From: Eledone cirrhosa
Taxonomy: Eukaryota
Length of the DNA stretch: 64,000 bases
Reading direction: 5' to 3'
Assembly: GCA_964016885.1 (NCBI GenBank)
Contig: OZ024742.1
Location: forward strand, 341,930,001-341,994,000
Shown: positions 1 to 15,000 of the stretch, one piece after another
How positions within the stretch are numbered: position 1 is the first letter of the stretch
Layout: every line of letters starts with the position of its first letter
Notes under the pieces: model-generated
Databases searched by the model: none
What the model saw: the letters and a program-made list of their open reading frames with translations, nothing else
Told to the model about the DNA's origin: nothing
Made by a program: the position numbers and the translations under genes

Positions 1-3000
1 ACAATATTTATTAAAACCCTGTTCCACTCTACACACTACACCAGTGCTCTATCGGGTGTGTTAGCTTCATTACAATATTTAGTAAAACCCTGTTTCACTC
101 TACACGGTACATCAGTTTTCTATCGAGAGTGTTAGCTTCATTACAATATTTAGTAAAACCCTGTATCACTCTACACTGTACATCAGTGTTCTATCGAGAG
201 TGTTAGCTTCATTACAATATTTAGTAAAACCCTGTTTCATTCTACACGGTACACCAGTGTTCTATCGAGAGTGTAGCTTCATTACAATATTTATTAAAAC
301 CCTGTTTCACTCTACACGGTACATCAGTGCTCTATCGAGAGTGTTAGCTTCATTACAATTTTTAGTAAAACCCTGTTTCACTCTACACAGTACATCAGTG
401 CTCTATCGAGAGTGTTAGCTTTATAACAATATTTATTAAAAGCCATTTTCTCTCTACACGGTACATCAGTGCTCTATCGAGAGCGTTAGCTTCTTTACAA
501 TATTTATTAAAACCCTGTTTCACTCTACACGGTGCATCAGTGTTCTATCGAGAGTGCTAGCTTCATTACAATATTTAGTAAAACCCTGTTTCACTCTACA
601 CGGTACATCAGTGTTCTATCGAGAGTGTAGCTTCATTACAATATTTATTAAAGCCCTGTTTCACTCTACACGGTACATCAGTGCTCTATCGAGAGTGTCA
701 GCTTCATTACAATATTTATTAAAACCCCGTTTCACTCTACACGGTACATCAGTGCTCTATCGAGGGTGTTAGCTTCATTACAATATTTATTAAAACCCTG
801 TTTCACTCTACACGGTACACCAGTGTTCTATCAAGAGTGTTAGCTTCATTACAATATTTAGTAAAACCCTGTTTCACTCTACACGGTACATCAGTGTTCT
901 ATCGAGAGTGTTAGCTTCATTGCAATATTTAGTAGAACCCTATTTCACCCTACACGGTACACCAGTCTTATATGGAGAGTGTTAACTTCATTATAATATT
1001 TATTAAAACCCTGTTTCACTCTACACGGTACACCAGTCTTCTATGGAGAGTGTTAACTTCATTACAATATTTAGTAAAACCCTGTTTCACTCTACACGGT
1101 AGATACGTGTTCTATCGAGAGTGCTAGCTTTATAACAATATTTATTAAAACCCAGTTTCACTCTACACGGTACATCAGTGTTCTATCGAGAGTGTTAGCC
1201 TCATTACAATATTTAGTAAAACCCTGTTTCACTCTACACGGTACATCAGTGTTCTATCGAGAGTGTTAGCTTCATTACAATATTTAGTAAAACCCTGTTT
1301 CACGCTACACGGTACATCAGTGCTCTATCGAGAGTGTTAGCTTCATTACAATATTTATTAAAACCCTGTTTCACTCTACACGGTACATCAGTGTTCTATC
1401 GGGATTGTTAGCTTCATTACAATATTTATTAAATCCCTGTTTCACTCTACACGGTACATCAGTGCTCTATCGGGAGTGTTAGCTTCATTACAATATTTAG
1501 TAAAACCCTGTTTCACTCTACACGGTACATCAGTGTTCTATCGAGAGTGTTAGCTTCATTACAATATTTAGTAAAACCCTGTTTCACCCTACACGGTACA
1601 TCAGTACTCTATCGAGAGTGTTAGCTTCATTACAATATTTATTAAAACCCTGTTTCACTCTACACGGTACATCAGTGCTCTATCGAGAGTGTTAGCTTCA
1701 TTACAATATTTATTAAAACCCTGTTTCACTCTATAAAGTACATCAGTGTTCTATCGGGAGTGTTAGCTTCATTACAATATTTATTAAAACCCTGTTTCAC
1801 TCTACACGGTACACCAGTGTTCAATCGAGAGTGTTACCTTCATTACAATTTTTATTAAAACCCTGTTTCTCTCTACACGGTACATCAGTGCTCTATCGAG
1901 AGTGTTATCTTCATTACAATATTTAGTGAAACCCTGTTTCACTCTAGACGGTACATCAATGTTCTATCGAGAGTGTAGCTTCATTACAATATTTATTAAA
2001 ACCCTGTTTCACTCTACACGGTACATGAGTGCTCTATCGAGAATGTTAGCTTCATTACAATATTTAGTATAACCCTGTTTCAATCTACACGGTATATCAG
2101 TGCTCTATCGAGAGTGTCATCTTTATAACAATATTTATTAAAATCCTGTTTCACTCTACACGTTACATCAGTGTTCTATCGAGAGTGTTAACTTCATTAC
2201 AATATTTAGTAAAACTCTGTTTCACTCTACACGGTACATCAGTGTTCTATCGAGAGTATAGCTTCATTACAATATTTATTAAAACCCTGTTTCACTCTAC
2301 ACAGTACATCAGTGCTCTATAGAGAGTGTTAGCTTCATTACAATTTTTAGTAAAACCCTGTTTCACTCTACACGGTGCATCAGTGTTCTATCGAGAGTGT
2401 TAGCTTCATTAAAATATTTATTAAAACCCTGTTTCACTCTACACGGTACATCAGTGCTCTATCGAGAGCGTTAGCTTTATAACAATATATATTAAAAACC
2501 TGTTTTACTCTACACGGTACATCAGTGCTCTATCGAGAGCGTTAGCTTCTTTACAATATTTATTAAAACCCTGTTTCACTCTACACGGTACATAAGTGTT
2601 CTATCGAGAGTGTTAGCTTCATTACAATATTTAGTAAAACCCTGTTTCACTCTACACGATACATCGGTGCTCTATCGAGAGTGTAGCTTCATTACAATAT
2701 TTATTAAAACCCTGTTTCACTCTACACGGTACATCAGTGCTCTATCGAGAGTGTTAGCTTCATTATAATTTTTATTAAAACCCTGTTTCAATCTACACGG
2801 TACATCAGTGTTCTGTCGGGAGTGTTAGCTTCATTACAATATTTAGTAAAACCCTGTTTCACTCTACACGGTACATCAGTGTTCTATCGAGAGTGTTAGC
2901 TTCATTACAATATTTATTAAAACCCTGTTTCACTCTACACGGTACATCAGTGTTCTATCGGGATTGTTAGCTTCATTACAATATTTATTAAAACACTGTT

Positions 3001-6000
3001 TCACTCTACACGGTACATCAGTGCTCTATCGGGAGTGTTAGCTTCATTACAATATTTATTAAAACCCTGTTTCACTCTATACGGTACATCAGTGTTCTAT
3101 CGGGAGTGTTAGCTTCATTACAATATATATTAAAACCCTGTTTCACTCTACACGGTACACCAGTGTTCTATCGAGAGTGTTACCTTCATTACAATTTTTA
3201 TTAAAACCCTGTTTCACTCTACACGGTACATCAGTGTTCTATCGAGAGTGTTAGCTTCATTACAATATTTAGTAAAACCCCGTTTCACTCTACACGGTAC
3301 ACCAGTGTTCTATCGAGAGTGTTAGCTTCATTACAATATTTAGTAAAACCCTGTTTCACTCTACACGGTACATCAGTGCTCTATCGAGAGTGTTATCTTC
3401 ATTACAATATTTAGTAAAACCCTTTTTCACTCTACACGGTATATCAGTGCTCTATCGAGAGTGTTATCTTCATTACAATATTTAGTAAAACCCTGTTTCA
3501 CTCTAGACGGTACATCAATGTTCTATCGAGAGTGTAGCTTCATTGCAATATTTATTAAAACCCTGTTTCACTCTACACGGTACATCAGTGCTCTATCGAG
3601 AATGTTAGCTTCATTACAATATTTAGTAAAACCCCGTTTCACTCTACACGGTACACCAGTGTTCTATCGAGAGTGTTAGCTTCATTAAAATATTCATTAA
3701 AACCCTGTTTCACTCTACACGGTACATCAGTGCTCTATCGAGAGTGTTAGCTTCATTACAATATTTAGTAAAACCCTGTTTCACTCTACACGGTACACCA
3801 GTGTTCTATCGAGAGTGTTAGCTTCATTACAATATTTATTAAAACCCTGTTTCACTCTACACGGTACATCAGTGTTCTATCGAGAGTGTTAGCTTCATTA
3901 CAATATTTAGTAAAACCCTGTTTCACTCTACACGGTTCATCAGTGCTCTATCGAGAGTGTTAGCTTCATTACAATATTTAGTAAAACCCTGTTTCACTCT
4001 ACACGGTACACCAGTGTTCTATCGAGAGTGTTAGCTTCATTACAATATTTATTAAAACCCTGTTTCACTCTACACGGTACATCAGTGCTCTATCGAGAGT
4101 GTTAGCTTCATTACAATATTTAGTAAAACCCTGTTTCACTCTACACGGTACACCAGTGTTCTATCGAGAGTGTTAGCTTCATTACAATATTTATTAAAAC
4201 CCTGTTTCACTCTACACGGTACATCAGTGTTCTATCGGGAGTGTTAGCTACATTACAATATTTAGTAAAACCCTGTTTCACTCTACACGGTACATCAGTG
4301 TTCTATCGAGAGTGTTAGCTTCATTACAGTATTTAGTAAAACCCTGTTTCACGCTACACGGTACATCAGTGTTCTATCGGGAGTGTTAGCTTCTTTACAA
4401 CATTTATTAAAACCTTGTTTCACTCTACACGGTACACCAGTGTTCTATCGAGAGTGTTAGCTTCATTACAATATTTAGTAAAACCCTGTTTCACGCTACA
4501 CGGTACATCAGTGCTCTATCGAGAGTGTTAGCTTCATTACAATATTTATGAAAACCCTGTTTCACTCTACACGGTACATTACTGTTCTATCGAGAGTTTT
4601 AGCTTCATTACAATATTTAGTAAAACCCTGTTTCACTCTACACGGTACATCAGTGCTCTATCGAGAGTGTTAGCTTCATTACAATATTCATTAAAACCCT
4701 GTTTCACTCTACACGGTACATCAGTGTTCTATCGGGTGTGTTAGCTTCATTACAATATTTAGTAAAACCCTGTTTCCCTCTACACGGTAGATCAGTGTTC
4801 TATCGAGAGTGTTAGCTTTATAACAATATTTATTAAAACCCTGTTTCACTCTACACGGTACATCAGTGTTCTATCAAGAGTGTTTGCTTCATTACAATAT
4901 TTATTAAAACGCTGTTTCACTCTACACGGTACATCAGTGTTCTATCGAGGGTGTTAGCTTCATTACAATATTTAGTAAAACCCTGTTTCACTCTACACGG
5001 TACATCAGTGTTCTATCGAGTGTGTTAGCTTCATTACAATATTTAGTAAAACCCTGTTTCACTCTACACGGAACATCAGTGTGCTATTGTGAGTTTTAGC
5101 TTTATAACGATATTTATTAAAACCCTGTTTCACTCTACACGGTACATCAGTGTTCTATCGAGAGTGTTAGCTTCATTACAATATTTATTAACACCCTGTT
5201 TCACTCTACACGGTACATCAGTGCTCTATCGAGAGTGTTAGATTTATTACAATATTTATTAAAACCCTGTTGCACTCTACACGGTACATCAGTGCTCTAT
5301 CGAGAGTGTTAACTTCATTACAATATTTGGTAAAACCCTGTTTCACTCTACGCGGTACATCAGTGTTCTATCGAGAGTATAGCTTCATTACAATATTTAT
5401 TAAAACCCTGTTTCACTCTACACGATACATCAGTGCTCTATCGAGAGTGTTAGCTTCATTACAATATTTATTAAAACCCTGTTTCACTCTACACGGTACA
5501 TCAGTGCTCTATCGAGAGTGTTAGCTTCATTACAATATTTAGTAAAACCCTGTTTCACTCTACACGATACATCAGTGCTCTATCGAGAGTGTTAGCTTCA
5601 TTACAATATTTAGTAAAACCCTGTTTCACTCTAAACGGTACATCATTGCTCTATCGAGAGTGTTAGCTTCATTACAATATTTAGTAAAACCCTGTTTCAC
5701 TCTACACGGTACACCAGTGTTCTATCGAGAGTGTTAGCTTCATTACAATATTTATTAAAACCCTGTTTCACTCTACACGGTACATCAGTGCTCTATCGAG
5801 AGTGTTAGCTTCATTACAATATTTAGTAAAACCCTGTTTCACTCGACACGGTACACCAGTGTTCTATCGAGAGTGTTAGCTTCATTACAATATTTAGTAA
5901 AACCCTCTTTCACCCTACACGGTACATCAGTAGTCTATCGAGAGTGTTAGCTTCATTACAATATTTATTAAAACCCTGTTTCACTCTACAAGGTACATCA

Positions 6001-9000
6001 GTGTTCTATCGAGAGTGTTAGCTTCATTACAATATTTAGTAAAACCCTGTTTCACGCTACACGGTACATCAGTGTTCTATCGGGAGTGTTAGCTTCATTA
6101 CAATATTTAGTAAAACCCTGTTTCACCCTAAACGGTACATCAGTGTTCTATCGGGAGTGTTAGCTTCATTACAATATTTAGTAAAACCCTGTTACACGCT
6201 ACACCGTACATCAGTGCTCTATCGAGAGTGTTAGCTTCATTACAATATTTAGTAAAACCCTGTTTCACGCTACACGGTACATCAGTGTTCTATCGAGAGT
6301 GTTATCTTCATTACAATATTTATTAAAACCCTGTTTCACGCTACACGGTACATCAGTGTTCTATCGGGAGTGTTAGCTTCATTACAATATTTAGTAAAAC
6401 CCTGTTTCACCCTAAACGGTACATCAGTGTTCTATCGGGAGTGTTAGCTTCATTACAATATTTAGTAAAACCCTGTTACACGCTACACGGTACATCAGTG
6501 CTCTATCGAGAGTGTTAGCTTCATTACAATATTTAGTAAAACACTGTTTCACGCTACACGGTACATCAGTGTTCTATCGAGAGTGTTATCTTCATTACAA
6601 TATTTATTAAAACCCTGTTTCACTCTACACGGTACATCAGTGTTCTATCGAGAGTGTTAGCTTCATTACAATATTTATTAAAACCCTGTTTCACTCTACA
6701 CGGTACATCAGTGTTCTCTCGAGAGTGTTAGCTTCATTACAATATTTATTAAAACCCTGTTTCACTCTACACGGTACATCAGTGTTCTATCGAGAGTGTT
6801 AGCTTCATTACAATATTTATTAAAACCCTGTTTCACTCTACACGGTACATCACTGTTCTATCGAGAGTTTTAGTTTCATTACAATATTTAGTAAAACCGT
6901 TTCACTCTACACGGTACATCAGTGTTCTATCGAGAGTGTTAGCTTCATTACAATATTTAGTAAAACCCTGTTTCACTCTACACGGTACATCAGTGTTCTA
7001 TCGAGGGTGTTAGCTTCATTACAATATTTAGTAAAACCCTGTTTCACTCTACACGGTACATCAGTGTTCTATCGAGAGTGTTAGCTTCATTACAATATTT
7101 AGTAAAACCCTGTTTCACTCTACACGGTACATCAGTGTGCTATTGTGAGTTTTAGCTTTATAACAATATTTATTAAAACGCTGTTTCACTCTACACGGTA
7201 CATCAGTGCTCTATCGAGAGTGTTAGATTTATTACAATATTTATTAAAACCATGTTGCACTCTACACGGTACATCAGTGCTCTATCGAGAGTGTTAGCTT
7301 TATAACAATATTTATTAAAACCCTGTTTCACTCTACACGGTACATCAGTGTTCTATCGAGAGTGTTAACTTCATTACAATATTTAGTAAAACCCTGTTTC
7401 ACTCTACGCGGTACATCAGTGTTCTATCGAGAGTATAGCTTCATTACAATATTTAGTAAAACCCTGTTTCACTCTAAACGGTACATCAGTGCTCTATCGA
7501 GAGTGTTAGCTTCATTACAATATTTAGTAAAAACCTGTTTCACTCTACACGGTACACCAGTGTTCTATCGAGAGTGTTAGCTTCATTACAATATTTATTA
7601 AAACCCTGTTTCACACTACTCGGTACATCAGTGCTCTATGGAGAGTGTTAGCTTCATTACAATATTTAGTAAAACCCTGTTTCACTCTACACGGTTCATC
7701 AGTGCTCTATCGAGAGTGTTAGCTTCATTACAATATTTAGTAAAACCCTGTTTCACTCTACACGGTACACCAGTGTTCTATCGAGAGTGTTAGCTTCATT
7801 ACAATATTTATTAAAACCCTGTTTCACTCTACACGGTACATCAGTGCTCTCTCGAGAGTGTTAGCTTCATTACAATATTTAGTAAAACCCTGTTTCACTC
7901 TACACGGTACACCAGTGTTCTATCGAGAGTGTTAGCTTCATTACAATATTTATTAAAACCCTGTTTCTCTCTACACGGTACATCAGTGTTCTATCGGGAG
8001 TGTTAGCTTCATTACAATATTTAGTAAAACCCTGTTTCACTCTACACGGTACATCAGTGTTCTATCGAGAGTGTTAGCTTCATTACAGTATTTAGTAAAA
8101 CCCTCTTTCACGCTACACGGTACATCAGTGTTCTATCGGGAGTGTTAGCTTCATTACAACATTTATTAAAATCTTGTTTCACTCTACACGGTACACCAGT
8201 GTTCTATCGAGAGTGTTAGCTTCATTACAATATTTAGTAAAACCCTCTTTCACCCTACACGGTACATTAGTAGTCTATCGAGAGTGTTAGCTTCATTACA
8301 ATATTTATTAAAACCCTGTTTCACTCTACACGGTACATCAGTGCTCTATCGAGAGCGTTAGCTTCTTTACAATATTTATTAAAACCCTGTTTCACTCTAC
8401 ACGGTACAACAGTGTTCTATCGAGAGTGTTAGCTTCATTACAATATTTATTAAAACGCTGTTTCACTCTACACGGTACATCAGTGATCTATCGAGAGTGT
8501 TAGCTTCATTACAATATTTAGTAAAACCCTGTTTCACGCTACACGGTACGTCAGTGTTCTATCGGGAGTTTTAGCTTCATTACAATATTTAGTAAAACCC
8601 TGTTTCACCCTAAACGGTACATCAGTGTTCTATCGGGAGTGTTAGCTTCATTACAATATTTAGTAAAACCCTGTTGCACGCTACACGGTACATCAGTGCT
8701 CTATCAAGAGTGTTAGCTTCATTACAATATTTAGTAAAACCCTGTTTCACGCTACACGGTACATCAGTGCTCTATCGAGAGTATTAGCTTCATTACAATA
8801 TTTATGAAAACCCTGTTTCACTCTACACGGTACATTACTGTTCTATCGAGAGTTTTAGCTTCATTACAATATTTAGTAAAACCCTGTTTCACTCTACACG
8901 GTACATCAGTGCTCTATCGAGAGTGTTAGCTTCATTACAATATTCATTAAAACCCTGTTTCACTCTAGACGGTACATCAGTGTTCTATCGGGTGTGTTAG

Positions 9001-12000
9001 CTTCATTACAATATTTAGTAAAACCCTGTTTCACTCTACACGGTAGATCAGTGTTCTATCGAGAGTGTTAGCTTTATAACAATATTTATTAAAACCCTGT
9101 TTCACTCTACACGGTACATCAGTGTTCTATCAAGAGTGTTTGCTTCATTACAATATTTATTAAAACCCTGTTTCACTCTACACGGTACATCAGTGTTCTA
9201 TCGAGTGTGTTAGCTTCATTACAATATTTAGTAAAACCCTGTTTCACTCTACACGGTACATCAGTGTGCTATTGTGAGTTTTAGCTTTATAACAATATTT
9301 ATTAAAACCCTGTTTCACTCTACACGGTACATCAGTGTTCTATCGAGAGTGTTAGCTTCATTACACTATTTATTAACACCCTGTTTCACTCTACACGGTA
9401 CATCAGTGCTCTATCGAGAGTGTTAGATTTATTACAATATTTATTAAAACCCTGTTGCACTCTACACGGTACATCAGTGCTCTATCGAGAGTGTTAACTT
9501 CATTACGATGTTTAGTAAAACCCTGTTTCACTCTACACATTACATCAGTGCTCTATCGAGAGTGTTAGCTTCATTACAATATTTAGTAAAACCCTGTTTC
9601 ACTCTACACGGTACACCAGTGTTCTATCGAGAGTGTTAGCTTCATTACAATATTTATTAAAACCCTGTTTCACTCTACACGGTACATCAGTGCTCTATCG
9701 AGAGTGTTAGCTTCATTACAATATTTAGTAAAACCCTGTTTCACTCGACACGGTACACCAGTGTTCTATCGAGAGTGTTAGCTTCATTACAATATTTAGT
9801 AAAACCCTCTTTCACCCTACACGGTACATCAGTAGTCTATCGAGAGTGTTAGCTTCATTACAATATTTATTAAAACCCTGTTTCACTCTACACGGTACAT
9901 CAGTGTTCTATCGAGAGTGTTAGCTTCATTACAATATTTAGTAAAACCCTGTTTCACGCTACACGGTACATCAGTGTTCTATCGGGAGTGTTAGCTTCAT
10001 TACAATATTTAGTAAAACCCTGTTTCACCCTAAACGGTACATCAGTGTTCTATCGGGAGTGTTAGCTTCATTACAATATTTAGTAAAACCCTGTTACACG
10101 CTACACGGTACATCAGTGCTCTATCGAGAGTGTTAGCTTCATTACAATATTTAGTAAAACCCTGTTTCACGCTACAAGGTACATCAGTGTTCTATCGAGA
10201 GTGTTATCTTCATTACAATATTTATTAAAACCCTGTTTCAATCTACACGGTACATGAGTGTTCTATCGAGAGTGTTAGCTTCATTACCATATTTAGTAAA
10301 ACCCTGTTTCACCCTACACGGTACATCAGTGCTCTATCGAGAGTGTTAGCTTCATTACAATATTTATTAAAACCCCGTTTCACTCTACACGGTACATCGA
10401 TGTTCTATCGAGAGTGTTAGCTTCATTACAATATTTAGTAAAACCCTGTTTCACTCTACACGGTACATCAGTGTTCTATCGAGAGTGTTAGCTTCATTAC
10501 AATATTTATTAAAACCCTGTTTCACTCTACAGGGTACACCAGTGTTCTATCGAGAGTGTTAGCTTCATTACAATATTTATTAAAACCATGTTTCACTCTA
10601 CACGGTACACCAGTGTTTTATCGGGAGTGTTAGCTTCATTACAATATTTAGTAAAACCCTGTTTCACTCTACACGGTACATCAGTGTTCTATCGAGAGTG
10701 TTAGCTTCATTACAATATTTATTAAAACCCTGTTTCACTCTACACGGTACATCACTGTTCGGTCGAGAGTTTTAGTTTCATTACAATATTTAGTAAAACC
10801 GTTTCACTCTACACGGTACAGCAGTGTTCTATCGAGAGTGTTAGCTTCATTACAATATTTATTAAAACCCTGTTTCACTCTACACGGTACATCAGTGCTC
10901 TATCGAGAGTGTTAGCTTCATTACAATATTTAGTAAAACCCTGTTTCACTCTACACGGTACATCAGTGTTCTATCGAGAGTGTTAGCTTTATTACAATAT
11001 TTATTAAAACCCTGTTTCACTCTACACGGTACATCAGTGTTCTATCGGGAGTGTTAGCTTCATTACAATATTTAGTAAAACCCTGTTACACGCTACACGG
11101 TACATCAGTGCTCTATCGAGAGTGTTAGCTTCATTACAATATTTAGTAAAACCCTGTTTCACGCTACACGGTACATCAGTGTTCTATCTAGAGTGTTATC
11201 TTCATTACAATATTTATTAAAACCCTGTTTCACTCTACACGGTACATGAGTGTTCTATCGAGAGTGTTAGCTTCATTACAATATTTAGTAAAACCCTGTT
11301 TCACACTACACGGTACATCAATGCTCTATCGAGAGTGTTAGCTTCATTACAATATTTATTAAAACCCTGTTTCACTCTACACGGTACATCAATGTTCTAT
11401 CGAGAGTGTTAGCTTCATTACAATATTTAGTAAAACCCTGTTTCACTCTACACGGTACATCAGTGTTCTATCGAGAGTGTTAGCTTCATTACAATATTTA
11501 TTAAAACACTGTTTCACTCTACACGGTACACCAGTGTTCTATCGAGAGTGTTAGCTTCATTCCAATATTTATTAAAACCATGTTTCACTCTACACGGTAC
11601 ACCAGTGTTTTATCGGGAGTGTTAGCTTCATTACAATATTTAGTAAAACCCTGTTTCACTCTACACGGTACATCAGTGTTCTATCGAGAGTGTTAGCTTC
11701 ATTACAATATTTATTAAAACCCTGTTTCACTCTACACGGTACATCACTGTTCTATCGAGAGTTTTAGTTTCATTACAATATTTAGTAAAACCGTTTCACT
11801 CTACACGGTACATCAGTGTTCTATCGAGAGTGTTAGCTTCATTACAATATTTATTAAAACCCTGTTTCACTCTACACGGTACATCAGTGCTCTATCGAGA
11901 GTGTTAGCTTCATTACAATATTTAGTAAAGCCCTGTTTCACTCTACACGGTACATCAGTGTTCTATCGAGAGTGTTAGCTTTATTACAATATTTATTAAA

Positions 12001-15000
12001 ACCCTGTTTCACTCTACACGGTACATCAGTGTTCTATCGAGAGTGTTAGCTTCATTACAATATTTAGTAAAACCGTTTCACTCTACACGGTACAGCAGTG
12101 TTCTATCGAGAGTGTTAGCTTCATTACAATATTTATTAAAACCCTGTTTCACTCTACACGGTACATCAGTGCTCTATCGAGAGTGTTACCTTCATTACAA
12201 TATTTAGTAAAACCCTGTTTCACTCTACACGGTACATCAGTGTTCTATCGAGAGTGTTAGCTTTATTACAATATTTATTAAAACCCTGTTTCACTCTACA
12301 CGGTACATCAGTGTTCTATCGGGAGTGTTAGCTTCATTACAATATTTAGTAAAACCCTGTTACACGCTACACGGTACATCAGTGCTCTATCGAGAGTGTT
12401 AGCTTCATTACAATATTTAGTAAAACCCTGTTTCACGCTACACGGTACATCAGTGTTCTATCGAGAGTGTTATCTTCATTACAATATTTATTAAAACCCT
12501 GTTTCACTCTACACGGTACATGAGTGTTCTATCGAGAGTGTTAGCTTCATTACAATATTTAGTAAAACCCTGTTTCACACTACACGGTACATCAATGCTC
12601 TATCGAGAGTGTTAGCTTCATTACAATATTTATTAAAACCCTGTTTCACTCTACATGGTACATCAATGTTCTATCGAGAGTGTTAGCTTCATTACAATAT
12701 TTAGTAAAACCCTGTTTCACTCTACACGGTACATCAGTGTTCTATCGAGAGTGTTAGCTTCATTACAATATTTATTAAAACACTGTTTCACTCTACACGG
12801 TACACCAGTGTTCTATCGAGAGTGTTAGCTTCATTCCAATATTTATTAAAACCATGTTTCACTCTACACGGTACACCAGTGTTTTATCGGGAGTGTTAGC
12901 TTCATTACAATATTTAGTAAAACCCTGTTTCACTCTACACGGTACATCAGTGTTCTATCGAGAGTGTTAGCTTCATTACAATATTTATTAAAACCCTGTT
13001 TCACTCTACACGGTACATCACTGTTCTATCGAGAGTTTTAGTTTCATTACAATATTTAGTAAAACCGTTTCACTCTACACGGTACATCAGTGTTCTATCG
13101 AGAGTGTTAGCTTCATTACAATATTTATTAAAACCCTGTTTCACTCTACACGGTACATCAGTGCTCTATCGAGAGTGTTAGCTTCATTACAATATTTAGT
13201 AAAACCCTGTTTCACTCTACACGGTACATCAGTGTTCTATCGAGAGTGTTAGCTTTATTACAATATTTATTAAAACCCTGTTTCACTCTACACGGTACAT
13301 CAGTGTTCTATCGAGAGTGTTAGCTTCATTACAGTATTTAGTAAAACCCTGCTTCACTCTACACGGTACATCAGTGTTCTATCGAGTGTGTTAGCTTCAT
13401 TACAATATTTATTAAAACCCTGTTTCACTCTACACGGTACATCAGTGTTCTATCGAGAGTGTTAGCTTCATTACAATATTTATTAAAACCCTGTTTCACT
13501 CTACACGGTACATCAGTGTTCTATCGAGAGTGTTAGCTTCATTACAATATTTATTAAAACCCTGTTTCACTCTACACGGTACATCAGTGTTCTATCGAGA
13601 GTGTTAGCTTCATTATAATATTTAGTAAAACCCTCTTTCACCCTACACGGTACATCAGTAGTCTATCGAGAGTGTTAGCTTCATTACAATATTTATTAAA
13701 ACCCTGTTTCACTCTACACGGTACATCAGTGCTCTATCGAGAGCGTTAGCTTCTTTACAATATTTATTAAAACCCTGTTTCACTCTACACGGTACAATAG
13801 TGTTCTATCGAGAGTGTTAGCTTCATTACAATATTTATTAAAACGCTGTTTCACTCTACACGGTACATCAGTGTTCTATCGAGAGTGTTAGCTTCATTAC
13901 AATATTTAGTAAAACCCTGTTTCACGCTACACGGTACATCAGTGTTCTATCGGGAGTGTTAGCTTCATTACAATATTTAGTAAAACCCTGTTTCACCCTA
14001 AACGGTACATCAGTGTTCTATCGGGAGTGTTAGCTTCATTACAATATTTAGTAAAACCCTGTTACACGCTACACGGTACATCAGTGCTCTATCGAGAGTG
14101 TTAGCTTCATTACAATATTTAGTAAAACCCTGTTTCACTCTACACGGTACATCAATGTTCTATCGAGAGTGTTAGCTTCATTACAATATTTAGTAAAACC
14201 CTGTTTCACTCTACACGGTACATCAGTGTTCTATCGAGAGTGTTAGCTTCATTACAATATTTATTAAAACCCTGTTTCACTCTACACGGTACACCAGTGT
14301 TCTATCGAGAGTGTTAGCTTCATTACAATATTTATTAAAACCCTGTTTCACTCTACACGGTACACCAGTGTTTTATCGGGAGTGTTAGCTTCCTTACAAT
14401 ATTTAGTAAAACCCTGTTTCACTCTACACTGTACATCAGTGTTCTATCGAGAGTGTTAGCTTCATTACAATATTTATTAGAACCCTGTTTCACTCTACAC
14501 GGTACATCACTGTTCTATCGAGAGTTTTAGTTTCATTACAATATTTAGTAAAACCGTTTCACTCTACACGGTACATCAGTGTTCTATCGAGAGTGTTAGC
14601 TTCATTACAATATTTATTAAAACCCTGTTTCACTCTACACGGTACATCAGTGCTCTATCGAGAGTGTTAGCTTCATTACAATATTTAGTAAAACCCTGTT
14701 TCACTCTACACGGTGCATCAGTGTTCTATCGAGAGTGTTAGCTTTATTACAATATTTATTAAAACCCTGTTTCACTCTACACGGTACATCAGTGTTCTAT
14801 CGAGAGTGTTAGCTTCATTACAATATTTAGTAAAACCCTGTTTCACTCTACACGGTACATCAGTGTTCTATCGAGTGTGTTAGCTTCATTACAATATTTA
14901 TTAAAACCCTGTTTCACTCTACACGGTACATCAGTGTTCTATCGAGAGTGTTAGCTTCATTACAATATTTATTAAAACCCTGTTTCACTCTACACGGTAC